Of a stretch of DNA of 64,000 nt, positions 1 to 9,340 are shown piece after piece. The stretch covers positions 265-64,264 of the forward strand of contig CAYRQM010000005.1 in assembly GCA_964426415.1 (NCBI GenBank), given 5' to 3'. Within the stretch, counting starts at the first letter, position 1. Every line of letters starts with the position of its first letter. The notes under the pieces were generated by a model that was given only the letters and a program-made list of their open reading frames with translations, had not been told where the DNA came from and did not search any database. Made by a program: the position numbers and the translations under genes. Origin of the DNA: an uncultured Christensenella sp. (GTDB taxonomy: Bacteria; Bacillota; Clostridia; Christensenellales; CAG-138).

Positions 1-2
1 AT

Positions 3-437
3 GCGCCCACCCGCAGCCCGCTTTCCTATGCGTTTGCCATGGCAAGCACGCCCGGTCTCATGAACGGCATGACGGCGGCGGACTACCTTTGGACGATCCA
101 GCGCAAGGTCATTTTGGATCTGGCGGACAAGGGCGACTGCGTCATTGTGGGGCGCTGCGCCGATTTCATTTTGGCAGATCGTCCCGACGCGCTGCACCTC
201 TTTATCCATGCCGACAACGCCTACCGTGCCCAACGCATCGTGCGGCTTTACGGCGAATCCGAGCAAAGTCCCGAAAAGCGGCTTGCCGACAAGGATGGCA
301 AGCGCAGCGTCAACTACAAGCATTTCACGGGACGCGAATGGGGCAACGTCAAAAATTACGACCTCAGCCTGAACAGCGGCAAGTTTGACGAAGCGTATTG
401 CGTGGAGCTGATTGCGGACATCGTGACCCGTTCTTAG
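3..437 (+). CDS. cytidylate kinase-like family protein, C-terminal part (5' end outside window)
   Basis: Frame 3 is open from the window edge to TAG 435-437. The tail ...DKDGKRSVNYKHFTGREWGNVKNYDLSLNSG... resembles the C-terminal half of the cytidylate-kinase-like ATPase family (recall only, no search run). Confidence 0.55.
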   Translation, partial: APTRSPLSYAFAMASTPGLMNGMTAADYLWTIQRKVILDLADKGDCVIVGRCADFILADRPDALHLFIHADNAYRAQRIVRLYGESEQSPEKRLADKDGKRSVNYKHFTGREWGNVKNYDLSLNSGKFDEAYCVELIADIVTRS

Positions 438-474
438 AGATTAACGGGAATTTCACAATCTGTACGCGTTTTTG

Positions 475-504
475 TTTGCAGAATGCATTACGCTGTGTTA
501 TACT
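475..504 (+). promoter_or_regulatory. putative sigma-A promoter for the lipoprotein pair
   Basis: TTTGCA 475-480, 18-nt spacer (15 nt to the TG), extended -10 TGtTATACT 496-504. It lies upstream of the GGAGGG SD at 521-526. Confidence 0.45.
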
Positions 505-532
505 ATTCGCACATCTATAAGGAGGGATTCCT

Positions 533-1381
533 GTGAAACGCAAACAATTGCTGATCTTGGTTCTGTGCCTGTGCTTTTGCGCGACGGCGCTGACAGGCTG
601 TCACAAGACGGACGACCTTTCGAATGCGCCCGCCACGAGCGATCCGAGCAACGGTTCCTCGTCTGTGGTACAGGCCACCAATATAGACGGCACAACGCCC
701 GCGCCGCTGCCCGACGATTCGTCCGAACCGGTCGTGTCCGACGCAGCCACCGATGCGCCCGTCGTCACCGCGACGCCCAATGCGGACGGCTCTACGGCAA
801 AGCCCGGCGTCACCGCCGCGCCCGCCACCAATAAGCCCGGCGCCACCGCCGCCCCCGTGGGTGCAAAGGACAACCCGCTGGTGGTCGTGCTGGCAAACGA
901 CGACGTCGTCACCGCCGAAATGCTTTCCAAGTACAAAGCGGCTGCCAAAACAGCTTCCGCCACCTACTACGTCACGCTGCAGGGCGTCTTTACCCTGACC
1001 AATTTGGAAGTCTACACCGACGGCACGCTGTCGTTCTCCGTCAGTATGCCGGATGCGTCCGCCGCCACGCCCAACCTGACGACCGCCGCTGGCGGCGCGG
1101 GCACGCAAGCCGATCCGCTGCTCTACACCTTTGCAGTCGATCATCCCGTTCCCGCCGCGTTCCTGTCCGAGCTTTCCGCCCAAGCCGCCAAGGCCAAGCA
1201 GCCGCTGTATGTGACGCTGCAGGCAGAAATGTTCGTTGTGAACCTGTACTTTAGCGCCGACGGCACGCTGTCCTTCCAAGTGACCTTCGTCCAAGAAGCC
1301 TACATGCCCACCGACGATTGGGACGACGAAAACATTGTGATTGTAGATTGGGACGATTTGTTCGGCACGCCGAACCCGTAA
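533..1381 (+). CDS. lipoprotein of unknown function
   Basis: GTG start 6 nt after GGAGGG. MKRKQLLILVLCLCFCATALTGC is a signal peptide plus lipobox Cys, followed by an Ala/Pro/Thr-rich linker. There is an internal duplication: YYVTLQGVFTLTNLEVYTDGTLSFSVSM versus LYVTLQAEMFVVNLYFSADGTLSFQVTF. Confidence 0.75.
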   Translation: MKRKQLLILVLCLCFCATALTGCHKTDDLSNAPATSDPSNGSSSVVQATNIDGTTPAPLPDDSSEPVVSDAATDAPVVTATPNADGSTAKPGVTAAPATNKPGATAAPVGAKDNPLVVVLANDDVVTAEMLSKYKAAAKTASATYYVTLQGVFTLTNLEVYTDGTLSFSVSMPDASAATPNLTTAAGGAGTQADPLLYTFAVDHPVPAAFLSELSAQAAKAKQPLYVTLQAEMFVVNLYFSADGTLSFQVTFVQEAYMPTDDWDDENIVIVDWDDLFGTPNP

Positions 1382-1397
1382 ATAGAAAGGATTCTTT

Positions 1398-1988
1398 ATG
1401 AAACGACTTCTCGCACTTGCACTTTGCCTCTTGATGGCACTTTCCGTGTTCGCCTGCACCAAGAAGGGCGCCACGACGGACGATCCCAGCGCCACCGACG
1501 TTCCCGCCAACGGCGATTCTGCCGTCGTAACCGATGCGCCCCTTGCGGACGAGACCATCAAGCCCACCGACGAACCGACGGCTGCGCCGATCGTGTATGC
1601 GGGGTACTTGGCGCTGCCTTCCGACTGGAGCTACCATCCCGATTCGCCCGTCCAGTACAACAATGCCGACTCCTCCGTCCTCATCCAAATCACCGAGGTC
1701 GGCAGAACGGCTGTGGAATATTTGGACAAGACCGTCGAAGAATGGCAGACCTCCTATGACGACGCCAATCTGGCTTACACCGTCACCGGCATCGAACGCG
1801 TGCAGCTAAACGAAACCGAAGCGTGCATCGTCCACCGCACCGATGCGGACGGCGCCGTGGGTGACATCTATGTCATTTGGACGGACGCCATGACGTACTT
1901 CTTCGTCATCGCCTCCACCTCCGGTCAAACGGGGCTGGATGCGGCGCGCACCGTGATGGACACCTTTAAGCCCATCGACGCCGCGTAA
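1398..1988 (+). CDS. lipoprotein of unknown function
   Basis: The ATG is 16 nt after the previous stop. MKRLLALALCLLMALSVFAC is a signal peptide plus lipobox, followed by an acidic/Pro linker and then a globular domain. Confidence 0.75.
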   Translation: MKRLLALALCLLMALSVFACTKKGATTDDPSATDVPANGDSAVVTDAPLADETIKPTDEPTAAPIVYAGYLALPSDWSYHPDSPVQYNNADSSVLIQITEVGRTAVEYLDKTVEEWQTSYDDANLAYTVTGIERVQLNETEACIVHRTDADGAVGDIYVIWTDAMTYFFVIASTSGQTGLDAARTVMDTFKPIDAA

Positions 1989-2002
1989 TCGCAAAGCGTT
2001 TT

Positions 2003-2034
2003 GCTCCGCAGCTTCGGCGTGCGGAGCTTTTTTT
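2003..2034 (+). terminator. rho-independent terminator of the lipoprotein operon
   Basis: GCTCCGCA-gcttcggcg-TGCGGAGC stem followed by TTTTTTT. Confidence 0.8.
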
Positions 2035-2036
2035 GT

Positions 2037-2072
2037 ACGGAAAACGGCGTGCACCTGCGCGCACGCCGTTTG
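2037..2072 (-). terminator. rho-independent terminator of hpf
   Basis: Minus strand reads AACGGCGTGC-gcgcaggt-GCACGCCGTT followed by TTTCCG. It lies 14 nt after the hpf stop. Confidence 0.7.
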
Positions 2073-2085
2073 GAAGGGGCAAAAC

Positions 2086-2607
2086 TTACAACGGCTCGAT
2101 GAGACCGTAGTTGCCGTCTTTGCGCTTGTAAAGCACGTTGATGCTGTCGGTCTCGACGTTGCGGAATACGTAGAACGCATGTCCCAACAGCTCGAGCTGC
2201 AGCATTGCTTCCTCTTCGCTCATGGGCTTGATGGAGAATTGCTTGACGCGAACGATGCGCGGACCTTCGTCCTCGTCCTCGGCGTCGTCTTGGGCAATGT
2301 CGGCAAACGCGCCCTGCCGCATGCCTTTTTCAAGGCGGGTGCGGTTGTGGACGATCTGCTTTTCCAGTTTGTCCAATACGTTGTCGAACGACGCATACAT
2401 ATCGCTCGAAACTTCCTCGCCACGGATGATACGGCCCTCATGCGGGATCGTAACCTCGACAATGTGGCGATTCTTCTCTACGGAGAGGGTGACCTGTGCT
2501 TCGGTGTCTTGCGGGAAGTACCGATCGAGCTTGGCGAGCTTCTTCTCTGCGACTTCGCGCATATAGTCGGAAATCTCCAAGTTCTTGCCGGAAATAGAAA
2601 TACGCAT
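2086..2607 (-). CDS. hpf: ribosome hibernation promoting factor, long form
   Basis: MRISISGKNLEISDYMREVAEKKLAKLDRYF... (HPF/S30AE N-domain) plus the C-terminal dimerisation domain ...AFYVFRNVETDSINVLYKRKDGNYGLIEPL. I prefer the ATG at 2607 over 2628 because AGGAG lies 8 nt upstream of it. Confidence 0.9.
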   Translation of the reverse strand: MRISISGKNLEISDYMREVAEKKLAKLDRYFPQDTEAQVTLSVEKNRHIVEVTIPHEGRIIRGEEVSSDMYASFDNVLDKLEKQIVHNRTRLEKGMRQGAFADIAQDDAEDEDEGPRIVRVKQFSIKPMSEEEAMLQLELLGHAFYVFRNVETDSINVLYKRKDGNYGLIEPL

Positions 2608-2858
2608 ATGTTCCACTCCTTCTGACACGTTAATATGATCCTCGTGTCAACTATATATTACCATACTTCCCATGAAAAAACCTCCCTTTTTTGAAAAAAC
2701 AGGGAAAAGTTTTTCATTGTTTCATTTCATTCACATTCCGAACAACTTTATGACAAACTCACCCCGTATACTAAAAACCGTAGAAGAGAGCTTCTACAAC
2801 CTCCATTATACTTCCTAATAATACTCCCCCCGAATAACGCGCCATTCCCCTCGGCGCG

Positions 2859-3188
2859 TTATTCCCTTTTTGGGCGTCCGCCGGCGCGCGGGTTCATCTG
2901 CTCCATCAGCCGCACCACCTGCATCAGTTTTTCCATATCGGGCGCGGGGCGCGGCGGCGGTGGCGGCGGAGGCGGCTGCGGCGGCATCATGGGACGGGGA
3001 CGCGGCGGCGCCACGTTCAGATGATAGGCGATTTGCTCGATCCAGTCGGGCGGCAAAAGCCCCGACAGCGCGCACAGGTACTCCTCTACGCCCCGTTTTC
3101 CTTGTTCCTCCCGAATGGCGTCGCCCAAGACGACCGCGCATTGAATCGGCGACGGCGTCGGTCGCGGCGGTTGATTGCTGTATGCCAT
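2859..3188 (-). CDS. hypothetical small protein with a polyproline tract
   Basis: 109-aa ORF with an AGGGGG 5 nt upstream. It has folded-looking N- and C-terminal segments flanking RPRPMMPPQPPPPPPPPRPAP. Two other ORFs overlap it in this GC-rich stretch, so the frame choice is tentative. Confidence 0.45.
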   Translation of the reverse strand: MAYSNQPPRPTPSPIQCAVVLGDAIREEQGKRGVEEYLCALSGLLPPDWIEQIAYHLNVAPPRPRPMMPPQPPPPPPPPRPAPDMEKLMQVVRLMEQMNPRAGGRPKRE

Positions 3189-3293
3189 AAGACACCCCCT
3201 GCTCTATGGTATGCGCCGCGGTGCGTTTGGGTGTTTTGAAAGCGTGGCAACATTTCCTGCGTTCGCTGCATAGACTGTATCGAGGTGATGCAG

Positions 3294-3512
3294 ATGGATC
3301 CGAGAGATCAATATGACTTTTACCGCGGCAAGAGCCAAGCGGAGCTGATGGACGTTTTGGAGCAGCTGACGGCGGAGCAAAAGAGCGCGGGCGAGATGTC
3401 CAACACCCACATGGAGGAGATTTACGCGATGCTGGCGCCGATGCTGTCCGAATCGCAGAAGGCGCGGATGCGGGAGGTCATTGCCCGCCTGAAATCGCCA
3501 AACGACGGATAG
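3294..3512 (+). CDS. hypothetical small helical protein
   Basis: [35 protein letters not shown].... GAGG at 3282-3285 is 8 nt before the ATG at 3294. In-frame alternative starts exist at 3285 and 3288. Confidence 0.5.
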   Translation: MDPRDQYDFYRGKSQAELMDVLEQLTAEQKSAGEMSNTHMEEIYAMLAPMLSESQKARMREVIARLKSPNDG

Positions 3513-3546
3513 GCAGCATCTGCCCTATTTCGCCGCAATTCGTTTC

Positions 3547-3572
3547 AGCCCCGTTCACAATCGGGGCTTTTC
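3547..3572 (+). terminator. rho-independent terminator
   Basis: AGCCCCG-ttcacaat-CGGGGCT followed by TTTT. Confidence 0.7.
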
Positions 3573-3587
3573 GTGTGCGCAAAAGTG

Positions 3588-3596
3588 TGCTATACT
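3588..3596 (+). promoter_or_regulatory. extended -10 promoter element upstream of secA
   Basis: TGcTATACT, 31 nt upstream of the secA ATG. An AAGGAG SD lies between them. Confidence 0.5.
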
Positions 3597-3627
3597 CTAT
3601 CGTGAGTACGAATGCAAGGAGCAACAA

Positions 3628-6378
3628 ATGGGATTTCTTGATAAACTGCTGGGCACTTCCAGCGAGAGCAAGCTCAAAAAGCTACAGCCGCGTGTGCGTG
3701 CGATCAACGCGTTGGAGCCCACCTTCGCCGCTTTGAGCGACGCCCAGCTGCGGGCAAAAACGGAGGAATTCCGTGCGCGCCTGCAAAAGGGTGAAACCTT
3801 GGACGATTTGCTGTGCGAAGCGTTTGCCGCCGTGCGGGAGGCGAGCGTGCGCACCGTCGGGATGCGGCACTTCGATGTGCAGCTGTTGGGCGGCATGGTG
3901 CTGCACCAAGGGCGCATCGCCGAGATGAAAACAGGCGAGGGCAAAACGCTGGTCGCCACGCTGCCCGCCTATCTCAACGCGTTAAGCGGTGAGGGCGTGC
4001 ACATCGTCACCGTCAACGACTATCTTGCCAATCGTGACGCCCAATGGATGGGCAAAATCTACCGCTTTTTGGGCTTGACGGTGGGCTGCATCGTCCACGA
4101 TTTGCCCAACGACGAACGCGCCGAAGCCTATCGCTGCGACATCACCTATGGCACCAACAACGAATTCGGTTTCGACTACCTGCGCGACAACATGTGCGTC
4201 TATAAGGAGCGCATGGTGCAGCGCACACTGCACTACGCCATCGTGGACGAGGTGGACTCCATCCTCATCGACGAGGCGCGTACCCCGTTGATCATCAGCG
4301 GACACGGCGAAGAATCCTCCTTTATGTACCAAGAAGCCGATCGCTTTGTGGTGCGGCTCACCCGCGGCGAGGACATCAAAGAAATCAGCAAGTCCGACCA
4401 GATGCAGGGCATCAGCCAGCCCGAAAGCGGCGACTACATGTGCGACATCAAGCAGCGCACCGTGCTGTTGACCGCCCAAGGCATTTCCAAGGCAGAGCAG
4501 TTCTTCAAGGTGGACAGCCTTGCCGACGTGGACAACACCGAGCTGAACCACTTCATCAAGCAGGCGCTGCGTGCGCACGCGCTGTTTGAGCGTGACAAGG
4601 ACTACGTCGTGCAGGACGGACAAGTCCTCATTGTGGACGAATTTACGGGCCGTCTGATGATCGGCCGCCGTTACAGCGAAGGGCTGCACCAAGCATTGGA
4701 AGCGAAGGAAGGCGTCAAGGTCGAACGCGAGAACAAGACGCTCGCCACCATCACCTTCCAAAACTACTTCCGTATGTTCCAAAAGCTGGCGGGCATGACG
4801 GGTACTGCCAAAACGGAGGAGGACGAGTTTTCCGCCATTTACGATTTGGACGTCGTGGAGATTCCCACCAACCGTCCCAACTGTCGTGTGGACAACAAGG
4901 ACTGCGTGTTCCTCACCCAAGAGGGCAAGTTCCGCGCCGTGGTCAACGAGATTCAAGAGATGCACGCCACCGGACAGCCGATCTTGGTCGGCACCATCTC
5001 CGTGGAACGCAGCGAATACCTGTCCGCGCTTTTAAAGCGCATCGGGCTGCGTCACGAGGTGCTGAACGCCAAGTACCACGCCAAGGAAGCCGAAATCGTG
5101 GCGCAGGCGGGCAAGCTGGGACAAATCACCATCGCCACCAACATGGCAGGCCGTGGTACCGATATTCTTTTGGGCGGCAACCCCGACTTTCTTGCGCGGC
5201 AGGCGCTGCGGCGGGACGGCATGGAGGAAGACCTGATCGACGAGGCAACCGGTCACGCCGAAACCGCCGATCCGCTGATTTTGGCGGCACGCGAACAATA
5301 TCAACAGCAGTACGCCGCGTTCAAAGCAGAAACCGACCAAGAGCATGACGAGGTCGTCCGTCTGGGCGGTCTGCACATCATCGGCACCGAGCGCCACGAG
5401 AGCCGCCGCATCGACAACCAGCTGCGCGGCCGTGCAGGTCGGCAGGGCGATCCGGGCAGCACGCGTTTCTACGTTTCGCTGCGGGACGACCTGATGCGTC
5501 GGTTCGGTATGGATCGGATGGAAGGGCTGATGAGCAAGCTCTCCCCCGACGACGATACGCCCATCGAGAACGGACTGATTACCCGTCAAATCGAGCAGGC
5601 GCAAAAGCGCGTCGAGGCAGCCAACTTCGAAATCCGCCGCAACGTGCTGCGCTACGACGACGTGATGAACAAGCAGCGTGAAATCATCTACGGCGAACGC
5701 CGCAAGGTGCTGATGGGCGCGGATTTGCGCGATCAGTTTACCGACATGATTCACACGACGCTGACCAGCATCGTGGACACCTATTGCAACACCCACGTTT
5801 CCGACGACGAATGGAACTTGGACATGGTTTCCAAGGATATGTGCGAGCTGTGCGGGCTGACCGCATTCGACCTTTCCGCCCTGCGCGCAAACCGCAAGTG
5901 CCGCAAGGAGGACGTGTACAACCTGTGCGAGCAGGTCGTCGCAAGCCTGCGTACCGAGAAGGAAGCGGCGTTTGCCGAACAGAACGTCGATATGCGCGAA
6001 GTGGAACGCATCATGCTGCTGCGCGCCGTGGACACCAACTGGATGGATCACATCGACGCCATGGACCAGCTGCGCCAAGGCATTGGGCTGAGGGCATACG
6101 CCCAGACCGACCCTGCCAACGCCTACGCCGACGAGGGTGCCGAGCTGTTCGACGCCATGATTGAGCGGATTCGGGAGGAGGCGGTGCGCAACCTGCTGCA
6201 TGTGCAGCTGCGCCGCGCCCCGATGGAACGGCAACAGGTCGCAAAGGCGGTGGAGACACCCGCCGAAGATGGCGCCAAGCCCGTGGTCAAGAAGCATTCT
6301 GACAAGGTCGGACGCAACGATCCCTGTCCCTGTGGCAGCGGCAAAAAGTACAAAAACTGCTGTGGGCGCAACGCATAA
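3628..6378 (+). CDS. secA: preprotein translocase ATPase SecA
   Basis: Walker [13 protein letters not shown]-like [19 protein letters not shown], and the C-terminal zinc-binding tail [14 protein letters not shown]. 916 aa. Confidence 0.98.
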   Translation: MGFLDKLLGTSSESKLKKLQPRVRAINALEPTFAALSDAQLRAKTEEFRARLQKGETLDDLLCEAFAAVREASVRTVGMRHFDVQLLGGMVLHQGRIAEMKTGEGKTLVATLPAYLNALSGEGVHIVTVNDYLANRDAQWMGKIYRFLGLTVGCIVHDLPNDERAEAYRCDITYGTNNEFGFDYLRDNMCVYKERMVQRTLHYAIVDEVDSILIDEARTPLIISGHGEESSFMYQEADRFVVRLTRGEDIKEISKSDQMQGISQPESGDYMCDIKQRTVLLTAQGISKAEQFFKVDSLADVDNTELNHFIKQALRAHALFERDKDYVVQDGQVLIVDEFTGRLMIGRRYSEGLHQALEAKEGVKVERENKTLATITFQNYFRMFQKLAGMTGTAKTEEDEFSAIYDLDVVEIPTNRPNCRVDNKDCVFLTQEGKFRAVVNEIQEMHATGQPILVGTISVERSEYLSALLKRIGLRHEVLNAKYHAKEAEIVAQAGKLGQITIATNMAGRGTDILLGGNPDFLARQALRRDGMEEDLIDEATGHAETADPLILAAREQYQQQYAAFKAETDQEHDEVVRLGGLHIIGTERHESRRIDNQLRGRAGRQGDPGSTRFYVSLRDDLMRRFGMDRMEGLMSKLSPDDDTPIENGLITRQIEQAQKRVEAANFEIRRNVLRYDDVMNKQREIIYGERRKVLMGADLRDQFTDMIHTTLTSIVDTYCNTHVSDDEWNLDMVSKDMCELCGLTAFDLSALRANRKCRKEDVYNLCEQVVASLRTEKEAAFAEQNVDMREVERIMLLRAVDTNWMDHIDAMDQLRQGIGLRAYAQTDPANAYADEGAELFDAMIERIREEAVRNLLHVQLRRAPMERQQVAKAVETPAEDGAKPVVKKHSDKVGRNDPCPCGSGKKYKNCCGRNA

Positions 6379-6380
6379 CC

Positions 6381-6430
6381 CAAAAACCACATCGCCGCGG
6401 GCAACACGTCCGCGGCGGTTTTTTCTTTTG
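6381..6430. terminator. bidirectional rho-independent terminator
   Basis: CGCCGCGG-gcaacacgt-CCGCGGCG stem, flanked by AAAAA on the left and TTTTTTCTTTT on the right. It lies between convergent secA and the hydrolase gene. Confidence 0.75.
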
Positions 6431-6453
6431 GCGTAAGTACGCGCCGTGCCGCC

Positions 6454-7410
6454 TTAAGGAAGCAGCGGCAAAATGCAGTTTTGGATGTACTCTACGCGGT
6501 CGAACACCCGCGGTTTGAACGTGGCGGTGACCGCGACGGCGCAATTTTTGACGGGATCGACGTACAGGACGTTTCCGCCGTCGCCGATGGCTGCAAAGCA
6601 GCGCCGCTTCGCATCGACAATCCACCAAAGATACCCGTATGCCATGTTGCCAAAACGCACGTCGCATTGGACGCGGGGCGTGGTCATGGCGTCGATCCAT
6701 GCGGCGGACACGACGCGCCGCCCTGCATATACGCCGCGGGCAAGGCACATAGAGCCAATCTTTGCCATGTCCCGCGCAGACAGGCAAAGTCCCCAGCCCG
6801 CCGTACAGGCGCCCTTCGGGTCTGCCATCCAAACCGCCTCCCTTGGGGCTTTGGAAAACAGAAAGTCGCGCTGCGATGCGGCGCTGTCCACCGACGCCAC
6901 CCGATGGGGCGTGATTTGAAGCGGAGCAAATAAATGGCGGTTCGCATAGTCCAAAAGCGACTCGCCGCTTGCGTTTTGCAGCGCGCCCGCCAAGATCTGG
7001 ATGCCCAAGGTCGCATAGCAAAACGTGCCGTCAAGCCCCGACCTGCCGCCCAAAAGATCCAGCGCGGCAAGCGTCCAGTCTTCGCTGGTGCAAACCTTCT
7101 TCCACGGTTCCGAACGATATTTGTACGGCGCGGTCATGGTCAGAAGATGCCGGAGCGTCACGTCATAGATCGTCTTTTCGCCGCGCTTGACCGTATACTG
7201 CGGAAAATAAGTCAGTATGGGCTGCTCCACGGACGCGATTTCGCCGCGGTCGACGGCGATGCCCACCAGCAGCGCCAGCACGCTCTTGGTGACCGACATC
7301 ACGTTTTGCGCGTCGTCGGGCGCGAACCCATTGCAGCATTTTTCATACAAAATCTGCTCGTCCCGCATGGCGACGACTTGGCAGATGTTGCTTTGTTCGT
7401 ATGTGTCCAT
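6454..7410 (-). CDS. serine hydrolase, beta-lactamase/PBP4*-like family
   Basis: SxxK motif in MSVTKSVLALLVG. ATG at 7410 is 6 nt downstream of AAGGAGGA. The longer ORF to 7482 has no SD. Confidence 0.75.
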   Translation of the reverse strand: MDTYEQSNICQVVAMRDEQILYEKCCNGFAPDDAQNVMSVTKSVLALLVGIAVDRGEIASVEQPILTYFPQYTVKRGEKTIYDVTLRHLLTMTAPYKYRSEPWKKVCTSEDWTLAALDLLGGRSGLDGTFCYATLGIQILAGALQNASGESLLDYANRHLFAPLQITPHRVASVDSAASQRDFLFSKAPREAVWMADPKGACTAGWGLCLSARDMAKIGSMCLARGVYAGRRVVSAAWIDAMTTPRVQCDVRFGNMAYGYLWWIVDAKRRCFAAIGDGGNVLYVDPVKNCAVAVTATFKPRVFDRVEYIQNCILPLLP

Positions 7411-7465
7411 CCCGTGTCCTCCTTGGATAGAATCAGCGTAACACGATTTGAAACGGTTTGCAAGC

Positions 7466-7492
7466 GCAAAAAGACGCCGCACTTGGCGGCGC
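7466..7492 (-). terminator. putative terminator between the ABC exporter and the hydrolase gene
   Basis: Minus strand reads GGCGCCGC-caagt-GCGGCGTC (one G-U pair) followed by TTTTTG. Confidence 0.55.
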
Positions 7493-7513
7493 CCTTTGTC
7501 TGCGCGATGCAGG

Positions 7514-9340
7514 TTATGCGGATTCGAATTGGCTGTTGTACAAATCGGCGTAGAAGCCGCGCTTTGCCATCAGCGTTTCGTGGTTGCCGCTTTCGACGAT
7601 ATCCCCGTCCCGCATGACCAAAATGAGGTCGGCGTTGCGGATGGTGGACAGCCGATGGGCGATGACGAAGGACGTTCTGCCCACCGTCAATTCGTCCATG
7701 GCACGCTGAATCAGCTCCTCGGTGCGGGTATCCACCGAGCTGGTCGCCTCGTCCAAGATGAGCAGCGGCGCGTCCTCAATCATGGCGCGGGCGATGGTGA
7801 CAAGCTGCTTTTGCCCTGCCGACAGCCTTGCATTGTCGTTCAATACGGTATCGAACCCCTTTGGCAGCGTGCGGATGAAGTGGTACAGCCCTGCCGCCTT
7901 CGTGACCTTGATCAGCTCCTCTTCGGTCACGTCCTGCTTGCCGTACACGATGTTTTCACGGATGGTGCCCTCGAACAGCCAAGTGTCCTGCAACACCATG
8001 CCAAACAGCCGATGCACGTTGGCACGGGTGATTGCCTTGGTGGAAACGCCGTCAATTGAGATCGTGCCGCCCTGCACCTCGTAAAAGCGCATCAGCAGGT
8101 TGACCAAGGTGGTCTTGCCCGCGCCCGTCGGCCCGACGATGGCGATTTTTTGCCCCGCTTTGGCGGATGCGGAAAAATCGTGAATGATCTCGCGGTTTGG
8201 ATCGTACCCGAAGCGCACGTTTTGGAACGCGACGTCGCCGCGCACGTTGTCCGGCGTTTGGGTCTTACCCGTTTCGGATTCCATTTCGGGCTCCTCCAAG
8301 AAATCGAACACGCGCTCGCTTGCCGCCGCCGCCGACTGCAGGCTGGTGGTGACCTGCGCGATTTGGGACAAGGGCTGGGTGAACAGCCGAATGTACATCA
8401 TAAACGCCACGATGACGCCGAAATCGGTCTTGCCGTTGAGCACCAGCAGCGCGCCGACGATGCAGACCACCACATAGCCCAAGTTGCCGATAAAGTTCAT
8501 CAGCGGCATCATCAGCCCCGACATAAACTGGGACTTCCACGCGGAACGGTACAGCCGTTCGTTCATCCCGCCAAACGTCTTTTTGGCTTCGCCCACGCCA
8601 TTGTACGCCTTCACCACGGTATGCCCCGCGTAGTATTCCTCGATGTGACCGTTGATTGTGCCAAGCTCCGCTTGCTGGGCGGTGAAGTACTTTTGCGAAC
8701 GCTTGATGATGATCAGCATCAGAGAAAACCCAATCAGCGTTGCCGCCACGCCCGCAAGCGCCATAATCCAGTTCGTGACGAACATCATAATCAGCGAGCC
8801 GAAGAACATGCAGATTGCGGAGACCGACGTCGAAAGGCTTTGGGTCAACGACTGCCCGATGGTGTCCACATCGTTGGTGACGCGGGACATGGTATCGCCC
8901 ACCGTGTGCGCGTCAAAGTAGCGCAGCGGCAAACGGTTGATCTTGGTGGAAATGTCCGTGCGGAACCGCTTGACGGTCAGCTGGCTCATGTCGGACATGA
9001 GAATGCCCTGTACCGCGTTGAAGATGTAGCCGAGGCCGTACATCACCACCAACAGCACGGCGATGCGCACGACGGCGGTCAGATCGATGCCCGTCATGAT
9101 GCCGTCCGTGATGAGATTGGTAATCTTTCTGAGATAAGACGGGCCCAACACATTGAGCACCGCGCCCACCACCGCCAACAGCACGGCAGCCATGACGACG
9201 ACGCGGGAGCGCTTGCAGTACGCGATCAATTTTTGCATGGCGCTGCGGAAGTCCTTTGCCTTTTCACCGCCGCGCATCATATGCCCCATGCCGCCGGGAC
9301 CGCGCATGGGTCTTGCTTGGTTCGTTTCCCGTTCACGCAT
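7514..9340 (-). CDS. heterodimeric ABC exporter subunit (TMD-NBD), canonical ATP site
   Basis: Six-TM N-half, Walker A GPTGAGKTT, signature LSAGQKQL, Walker B LLILDEATSSVD with catalytic Glu. It overlaps the upstream partner gene by 8 nt. Confidence 0.9.
   Translation of the reverse strand: MRERETNQARPMRGPGGMGHMMRGGEKAKDFRSAMQKLIAYCKRSRVVVMAAVLLAVVGAVLNVLGPSYLRKITNLITDGIMTGIDLTAVVRIAVLLVVMYGLGYIFNAVQGILMSDMSQLTVKRFRTDISTKINRLPLRYFDAHTVGDTMSRVTNDVDTIGQSLTQSLSTSVSAICMFFGSLIMMFVTNWIMALAGVAATLIGFSLMLIIIKRSQKYFTAQQAELGTINGHIEEYYAGHTVVKAYNGVGEAKKTFGGMNERLYRSAWKSQFMSGLMMPLMNFIGNLGYVVVCIVGALLVLNGKTDFGVIVAFMMYIRLFTQPLSQIAQVTTSLQSAAAASERVFDFLEEPEMESETGKTQTPDNVRGDVAFQNVRFGYDPNREIIHDFSASAKAGQKIAIVGPTGAGKTTLVNLLMRFYEVQGGTISIDGVSTKAITRANVHRLFGMVLQDTWLFEGTIRENIVYGKQDVTEEELIKVTKAAGLYHFIRTLPKGFDTVLNDNARLSAGQKQLVTIARAMIEDAPLLILDEATSSVDTRTEELIQRAMDELTVGRTSFVIAHRLSTIRNADLILVMRDGDIVESGNHETLMAKRGFYADLYNSQFESA

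Noticed and set aside
515-1567. 350-aa minus-strand ORF, and 46322-47983 (553 aa), 50481-52067 (528 aa), 56379-57542 (387 aa)
   Set aside because: They are antisense to well-supported plus-strand genes (lipoproteins, rpiR/FAD protein, ispH-S1, rseP). They have no SDs and a shadow-frame composition.
2831-2867. The perfect 12-bp stem-loop GAATAACGCGCC...GGCGCGTTATTC (stem and loop 2831-2863) as the terminator of ORF 2859-3188
   Set aside because: On the minus strand it is followed by GGGGGGAG rather than a U-tract. The T-tract is on the plus strand, where no gene ends. It is noted under the polyproline finding only.
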